Assembly: GCA_050012475.1 (NCBI GenBank)
Contig: JBEKHC010000071.1
Span: forward strand, 1-27,200
DNA length: 27,200 nucleotides
From: Candidatus Velthaea sp.
GTDB lineage: Bacteria; Vulcanimicrobiota; Vulcanimicrobiia; Vulcanimicrobiales; Vulcanimicrobiaceae
Direction of reading: 5' to 3'
Below, piece after piece: positions 24,870 to 27,200 of this stretch. Under the pieces are notes generated by a model. That model saw only the letters and a list, made by a program, of their open reading frames with translations, ran no database searches and was not told the DNA's origin. Made by a program: the position numbers and the translations under genes. How positions within the stretch are numbered: the stretch's first letter is position 1; each line of letters begins with the position of its first letter.

Positions 24870-27200
24870 CTAGAGAACCGCTTGCGCCGCCGCCAATCGG
24901 GCGATCGGGACGCGGAAGGGTGAACACGAGGCGTAGTCGAGCCCGAGCTCGTTGCAGAACATGACCGACGACGGTTCGCCGCCATGCTCGCCGCAGATGC
25001 CGATTTTCAGACCCGGACGTGCCTCGCGTCCGCGCGTGACGGCCATTTGCATGAGCCCGCCGACGCCGACGCGGTCGAGGACTTGGAACGGATCGTCCTT
25101 GAGGATCTTGAGCGTGAGATAACGCGGGATGAATGAGTTCTCCGCGTCGTCGCGGCTGTATCCGTAGGTCGTCTGGGTGAGGTCGTTGGTTCCGAACGAG
25201 AAGAACTCGGCCTTGCCGGCGAGTTCGCCGGCAACCACGCAGGCGCGCGGCAGTTCGATCATCGTGCCGATCTTGTACGGGACCGGGACGCCGGCCGCCG
25301 CGATGACTTCGTCGGCGATCTTCTTGGCCGCGTCGTAGGTGAATTCGATCTCTTCGATCGTCCCGACGCCGGGAATCATCACCAACGGCTTGGCATCGAC
25401 ACCCTGCTTGCGCAGTTCGGTCGCCGCCTCGAAAATCGCGCGCACTTGCATCGCATAGATCTCGGGATACACGATGCCGAGCCGGCACACGCGCAGGCCG
25501 AGCATCGGGTTCTGTTCGTGCAGCACACGCACGCGCGCCAACAGCTTCGCTTTTTCGAGATACTCGGGCGTCGACTCGCCGGTGCGCACGCGCAACTCGG
25601 TTGTTTCGACGAGCAGCTCCTCGAGCGAGGGCAGGAACTCGTGCAGCGGTGGGTCGAGCAGCCGGATCGTGACCGGATAACCGGCCATCGCCTTGAGGAT
25701 CCCGTTGAAGTCGGCGCGTTGAATCGGGAGCAGTTTGGCCAGCGCCGTCGCTCGCGCTTCGGGCGTGTCGCTGACGATCATCTCGCGGACGATCGGGAGC
25801 CGATCGGTTTCCATGAACATGTGCTCGGTCCGGCACAGGCCGATGCCCGTGGCGCCCAAGTCGCGCGAACGCTTCGCATCGTCGGGCGTGTCGGCGTTGG
25901 CCCAGACTTCCATGCGCGCGATTTCATCCGCGAGTCCGAGGAACTCCGCGAGCCAGTCCGGCAGCTTGGACGGCGGTGCGATCAGGGTGAGTTGGCCGAC
26001 GATCACGTCGCCGGCCGTTCCGTCGATGGTGATCAGGTCGCCTTCGTTGAGCGGTTTGCCGGCCAACGTCGCGGTTTTCGTGCGATTGTCCACGTTGAGC
26101 GCTTCGCAGCCGCTCACGCAGGGTTTGCCCATACCGCGGGCGACGACGGCCGCGTGCGACGTGGCACCGCCCTTCGCGGTGAGAATGCCTTTCGCCGCGA
26201 TCATGCCGTGCACGTCGTCGGGCGTCGTTTCCGAGCGCACCAGAATGACGGCTTTGCCTTCGGCAGCACGAGCGACTGCCGTGTTCGGATCGAAGACGAC
26301 GGCACCGCTGGCCGCGCCGGGCGAGGCGTTGAGACCCTTGGCGGTCTTCTCGTATTTTTCGCTGGGATCGATGCGCGCGTGGAAGAGCTGTTCGAGCGAA
26401 GCGGCATCGACGCGCCGGACGGCTTCGCGCTTATCGATGAGCCCTTCATGCAGGAACGCCAGCGCGAGTTTAACGGCGGCCTCCGAGGTGCGTTTGCCGT
26501 TGCGCGTCTGCAGCATGTACAGCTTGCCGCGCTCGACGGTGAACTCGAGATCCTGCATGTCTTTGTAATGCGTCTCGAGCTGCGTCGCGATGGCGGAGAA
26601 TTGGTCGAAGACCACGGGCTGGGCGCTCTTGAGATCGGCGATCTTCACCGGCGTGCGAATGCCGGCGACGACGTCTTCGCCTTGGGCGTTGACGAGATAC
26701 TCGCCGTACAACGCTTTTTCGCCGGTATTGGGATTGCGCGTGAACGCGACGCCACTGCCCGAGTCGTCACCGAGGTTGCCGAACACCATCGTGCAGACGT
26801 TGACCGCGGTGCCCCAATTATCGGGGATCTTGTAGAGTTTGCGATAGTCGGTTGCGCGCCGCGAGTGCCATGAATTGAAAACCGCTTCGACCGACAATTC
26901 GAGCTGCTGGGTGACATCCTGCGGGAACGGCTTCTTGGTTTCGCGTTCGACGATCTTATAGAATTCGGCAACGACGGTCTTCCAAGTTGCCGCATCGATC
27001 TCGGGATCGGTTTTGACGCCCAGTTTTTCCTTCGCGTCGTCGATGACGTTCTCGAACAGCGACTTCTTGAGCTCGAGCACGACGCTGCTGAACATCCCGA
27101 TGAAGCGGCGATACGCATCCCAGGCGAAGCGTTCGTTATTGGTGAGTTTCGCCAGACCGACGACGGTCTTGTCGTTGAGCCCCAGATTGAGGATCGTGTC
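24870..27200 (-). CDS. ppdK: Pyruvate, phosphate dikinase (5' end outside window)
   Basis: The frame is open to the window edge (DTILNLGLND…AWDAYRRFIGM). Motifs NAQGEDVVAGIRTP, LQTRNGKRT, phospho-His GGATSHAAVVARG, GIGLCRTEHMF, FSFGTNDLTQ, GICGEHGG. Confidence 0.98.
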   Translation of the reverse strand, partial: DTILNLGLNDKTVVGLAKLTNNERFAWDAYRRFIGMFSSVVLELKKSLFENVIDDAKEKLGVKTDPEIDAATWKTVVAEFYKIVERETKKPFPQDVTQQLELSVEAVFNSWHSRRATDYRKLYKIPDNWGTAVNVCTMVFGNLGDDSGSGVAFTRNPNTGEKALYGEYLVNAQGEDVVAGIRTPVKIADLKSAQPVVFDQFSAIATQLETHYKDMQDLEFTVERGKLYMLQTRNGKRTSEAAVKLALAFLHEGLIDKREAVRRVDAASLEQLFHARIDPSEKYEKTAKGLNASPGAASGAVVFDPNTAVARAAEGKAVILVRSETTPDDVHGMIAAKGILTAKGGATSHAAVVARGMGKPCVSGCEALNVDNRTKTATLAGKPLNEGDLITIDGTAGDVIVGQLTLIAPPSKLPDWLAEFLGLADEIARMEVWANADTPDDAKRSRDLGATGIGLCRTEHMFMETDRLPIVREMIVSDTPEARATALAKLLPIQRADFNGILKAMAGYPVTIRLLDPPLHEFLPSLEELLVETTELRVRTGESTPEYLEKAKLLARVRVLHEQNPMLGLRVCRLGIVYPEIYAMQVRAIFEAATELRKQGVDAKPLVMIPGVGTIEEIEFTYDAAKKIADEVIAAAGVPVPYKIGTMIELPRACVVAGELAGKAEFFSFGTNDLTQTTYGYSRDDAENSFIPRYLTLKILKDDPFQVLDRVGVGGLMQMAVTRGREARPGLKIGICGEHGGEPSSVMFCNELGLDYASCSPFRVPIARLAAAQAVL

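Noticed and set aside
25446..26873. 475-aa + strand ORF
   Set aside because: Antisense shadow of ppdK.

Overview
GC-rich bacterial chromosomal window. The RpoD/DnaG/PpdK sequences look Terrabacteria-type and non-cyanobacterial; an Eremiobacterota/Armatimonadota-like host is my inference only. From left to right: two secreted Pro/Ser-rich hypothetical proteins and an SDR oxidoreductase; rpoD-dnaG; a NitT/TauT-type ABC permease plus ATPase with no binding protein; a SAMHD1-like HD hydrolase; a membrane protein; and a 109-bp palindromic MITE-like element. Next comes a ~13-kb hopanoid biosynthesis cluster (10816-23827): prenyl-diphosphate synthase, hpnH, hpnA, a shortened RND transporter, a single-enzyme squalene synthase, a diiron ferritin-like protein, hpnP C-2 methylase, shc, hpnB and hpnG. 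The window ends with a bacterial metallothionein, a candidate 48-aa sORF, a MaoC dehydratase and a 5'-truncated ppdK. Most notable: (i) a 2-methylhopanoid cluster with cyanobacterial-looking proteins in an apparently non-cyanobacterial host; (ii) an AcrB-family RND that appears to lack both docking subdomains and sits in the hpn operon where HpnN would be expected; (iii) an uncharacterised diiron enzyme directly upstream of hpnP; (iv) several non-coding structures. Start codons were re-picked by eye, and no database searches were run.
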